DNA of 63,868 bases, filler included. It is 12 parts of 12 records of this genome, joined end to end, with 100 filler letters (N's around TTAATTAATTAA, not from the genome) between each part and the next. Parts side by side here need not be neighbours in the genome. Positions count along the whole stretch, not along the records: positions 60,735 to 63,868 come from SRR15195285_1357; 11 more parts are not named here. The stretch is one strand, 5' to 3'. The notes under the pieces are model-generated. The model had not been told where the DNA came from. It ran no database searches and saw nothing but the letters and a program-made list of their open reading frames with translations. Shown here one piece after another: positions 60,832 to 63,868 of the stretch (positions are counted from its first letter, which is position 1; each line of letters starts with the position of its first letter). The position numbers and the translations under genes are program-made.

Positions 60832-61576
60832 ATGCTGGCCCACGCGATGATGCGCCGCCTGCCACGCGGCCAGCCGCAGCTTCTGCAGGCTCGACTGCTG
60901 CATACGACGCTGGTTAACGTCTACTGCAAGCCGGGCACCGCGGACAAGGTGGTGGAAGCCACGGTGCGAGGAGTTGCCCGCCCGCCGCTGCCGCCGCGTT
61001 GTCTGGCAGCCTTGAGTCGCGTCACAGGCGCTGGGTCGTTGCTGGCCGTCCCCTCTCGTGCTCCAGCTGTCGCGAGAGCTGCCCAAACGACCCCTGCCCG
61101 ATCGATCGCGCGCCAGTGCTCGCGTGCTGAACCTGTTGCGCACGCAGATCACCAACTGCCAGAACAGTGTGGAGGAGCCGGGATGCCTGCGCTTCGACCT
61201 GTTCCGGTCTGACGCCGACCCGAATCATCTGATCATCGAGGAGATGTACCAGACAGCAGAGGACGCCGCGAAGCACAAGGAGACGGCTCACTACCTTACG
61301 TGGCGCGATGCAGTGGCTGATTGCATGGAGAAGCCGCGCGAAGGAATGGGCGTCACACCTTTATTCACGCAGCGCCCCGAGCTTCGTGCTCCCTACGCAC
61401 GGTGGAGCTCGAGCGCAGGCACCGTGAAAAACAGCTGGCTCGGCAAGGGCGACGCGGGCGAGGAAGAGGCAGTGAAGTACACCCCAGGGACTCACGGCTC
61501 ACAAACAGCCGAGCGACCGTTTCGAGTCTGGCGCGAGACGCAGGCGCCGACGCTGAACGGTGCGACGGGCCACTGA
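60832..61576 (+). CDS. ABM-family, LsrG-like protein with presequence; intron 60964-61147
   Basis: LVNVYCKPG..VEAT / ITNCQNSVEEPGCLRFD..HKETAHYLTWRDAVADCMEKPR joined in frame. Confidence 0.82.
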
Positions 61577-61719
61577 GGCTTCTGGGCAGCGCTGTGCCTG
61601 ATCGACAGCAGTGGCACGAACGGGTGGGTTGGTCGGGTCAGCCATCAAATGCATACGTGTCCATCATATACTCTCTGCGTCGACATAGCCACGCCGTGTA
61701 GCCCGTGTTTACGACATCC

Positions 61720-63180
61720 CTAGTGGTAGTCATGGAAGTTTGATCCTTGTACACAGCTCGGCTTGGAGTTGTTGCCGACGCCTCCATTCCTTCCAAGACG
61801 GGAGCTTGCACCCTTCGTCAGCGAATTCTTTTCTCCTTCGTTGATGAAATCTAGCTGCGCTTTCTGCGTCGCGCTGGCCAGGGTTTCTCGTAGCTTAGCC
61901 TCTGCCTGCTTTGCGTCCCACGCCCCGACCTCAAAGTCGTCCTCCTTCCGCGTCAGCGCTGTGGACTGTGCCGTCGTTGCGAAGAGCTCCTCAACGGAGC
62001 CGAGTGTGCTACCGCCGCCGCCGCCACCGCCGCTCCTTGTGCTTGTAGCAGCCACGGAAGGCGGCGGGTTGGCCACGGTAGCCTTGCGGCGCTTCGCCGC
62101 ACGCTTCGCCTCCTCTGCGCCTGAGTCAGAGTCAGAGTCAGAGTTCGAGTCTCCAGATTCGTCGTCAGACGCGTTTGAATCATCGTCGTCGTCATCATCT
62201 GAGTCATCAGAATCGTCAGAGTATCCAACTACTGCTACTGCACGACGTTCCACTGGTTTTCTAGTGGCTGAAGGCGGCTTGTCCCGCGCTCGCCCTGCCT
62301 TGCCACCGCATGAGGGGCAGATTTCAGCCAGCAGAGCTGCGTGCTTTGACTTGATTTCTGCCGGGAAGCTCGTATGCGCAGCGATCGTGTCGTACGGGCA
62401 GGGCGTCAGCCGTTCCGGCCGCTCCCAGAGCTCGGCTGCTGGAAGCGCCCCAATAGTCGTCAAGGTGAGTGTATGCAGTGGTCGACTGCCCGTGTCGTCG
62501 CTGACGAAATTGAGAGGGGCGAGTGCGACAAAACGGCCCACGTGCGGCACAGACGAGTTCTCGTACGCTGCACGCTCCCAGGGCTGACCCTCGCCTGCGG
62601 CGAAGTGGTACCGCGGGCGCATCAACGCGGCCGCGCATCCAGCCAGCCTGCAAGGCTTGCGCAACGGCGCGGAGGCGGGAGCTTGGCCGTCCAGGTGCTC
62701 CGGTGACGCGATCGCCGCTGGCCAAGAGTTACTGAGTAGGATGTCCGAGCCCACGAAGCCTTTCTGTGCAGCAATCTCCGCGAGCGCTCCGAGTGCCTTG
62801 TCCGTGGCGCCAGCATCTGGAGAGTCTGAAACGAAGGCAACGCTCAGCCCGTGCAGCTCACGCACGCCAGCACTGCCTAAGAACTCCATGTTATCGCAGA
62901 ACGTGCCACTGGCGCCAATGGCTTTGAGCCACGTCAATCCGTTGAAGTCGCTCCCTCGCAGAAAATACGTGGGCAGCGGCGCCTTCGCACGCCCTGAAAG
63001 ATACTCGGCCACGTCGATGCCGTCCGCCGCGCTGTCCTCATCCTCGCGCGGGAAGAACTCGCCCACGCACAGCACGCATGAAAACGTCAGTCCCAGCCGC
63101 TCGCTCTCCGCTGCGACCTGCTCGTACAGCTTCCCGAATCGCCCTTGTACGCCAGCCGCCACCGCCACGGAAACGGCCAT
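61720..63180 (-). CDS. CWF19L1/Drn1-like pseudo-metallophosphoesterase, lacking the CwfJ C-terminal domains
   Basis: VLCVGEFF; APLPTYF; DILLSNSWP; RPRYHFAA; WERAAYEN; RFVALA. Confidence 0.8.
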   Translation of the reverse strand: MAVSVAVAAGVQGRFGKLYEQVAAESERLGLTFSCVLCVGEFFPREDEDSAADGIDVAEYLSGRAKAPLPTYFLRGSDFNGLTWLKAIGASGTFCDNMEFLGSAGVRELHGLSVAFVSDSPDAGATDKALGALAEIAAQKGFVGSDILLSNSWPAAIASPEHLDGQAPASAPLRKPCRLAGCAAALMRPRYHFAAGEGQPWERAAYENSSVPHVGRFVALAPLNFVSDDTGSRPLHTLTLTTIGALPAAELWERPERLTPCPYDTIAAHTSFPAEIKSKHAALLAEICPSCGGKAGRARDKPPSATRKPVERRAVAVVGYSDDSDDSDDDDDDDSNASDDESGDSNSDSDSDSGAEEAKRAAKRRKATVANPPPSVAATSTRSGGGGGGGSTLGSVEELFATTAQSTALTRKEDDFEVGAWDAKQAEAKLRETLASATQKAQLDFINEGEKNSLTKGASSRLGRNGGVGNNSKPSCVQGSNFHDYH

Positions 63181-63720
63181 CCCTCGTGCTCGTGATTAGT
63201 TTGCCCTCAAAACCGCCTCTGAACCGTGAACGTCAGGGAGGGAGGGACTCAAGCCGAGCAGCGCCGAGCGAGGGATCGCGCGACGGATGTCAGCGCACGC
63301 GGCGCGCCGGCACGCGCTCGCGCGAGCGAATCGAAGCTCCATCGGCCGGTGCGGCGCCCTGACTCGACTGACCAGGTGACTCTGCTCGTCCCCAGCTCGC
63401 GCTCGTGCTGATGAGTCGCGTCCTCAAGTGCTGCACGCAGGATCAAATATTTGCACTGATGCGATGAAATTTAAATCATGGACCTTCAATAAGACAGTGC
63501 CCAGGTTGCAACCGTGGAAGAAGAACCGTGCCAAGACGAGCACTTTTTGAATTGAGCCACGCACACGCGCTCCCAGCCGTCCTCGGCCACCTGAGACGCC
63601 CACCTTGGGGGCTGGGCACCCACGGAGGCCACCAAGCCACGCTCGCGCCACCACCCGAGGTGGACAGCTCGTGATTTGAAGCATCTCTTCCTTGGCTCTA
63701 CCTTGGGCTTCCCACCAGAT

Positions 63721-63806
63721 CTATGCCGGCATAATTTTCCGGCATAATATGCTACTCCGGCATACTGCAGAATGATGTGCAGTTCTCGGCATAGTGTGGC
63801 ATAATG
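63721..63806. repeat. Cluster of GGCATA motifs
   Basis: Five forward copies (63728, 63741, 63759, 63788, 63798) and one inverted copy (63722). Confidence 0.75.
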
Positions 63807-63868
63807 TACGTAGTACGACTACCGAACTCTCAGTCTTCGGAAATCCAGGGTGATTTGAAATGTGGCTA

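Noticed and set aside
1-63868. Gene-cluster or operon interpretation (e.g. hydrolases plus sulfatase plus transporter)
   Set aside because: The genes lie on separate contigs joined by artificial linkers, so adjacency across N-runs carries no information

Overview
This window is not one locus. It is 12 unlinked eukaryotic contigs joined by artificial N-spacers carrying TTAATTAATTAA, with a (GACT)n pad at the start. The DNA is GC-rich and gene-dense, with short GT-AG introns (donors such as GTGCGT, GTACGT, GTGAGT; branch-like GCTGAC/GCTCAC) and EPEPEP low-complexity runs. This fits a heterotrophic protist; it reminds me of Picozoa single-cell assemblies, which I cannot verify. About 23 protein genes are recognisable. 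I found no rRNA, tRNA or CRISPR array. The most notable features are unusual domain fusions: (1) a secreted bacterial-type glycoside hydrolase ending in a phage-tailspike-type Peptidase S74 self-cleaving chaperone; (2) Ro60/TROVE fused behind an uncharacterised ~366-aa Cys-rich domain; (3) a DegT-family PLP aminotransferase spliced in frame to a TauD dioxygenase; (4) a polycystin-1-like REJ-GPS receptor with three calmodulin-like units and no channel domain; (5) a TIR-NB-ARC NLR-like protein; (6) a gustatory-receptor-like 7TM channel; (7) an Orai/PGG-like 4TM protein with a SAM domain. All family calls come from motif recognition by eye, without database searches.
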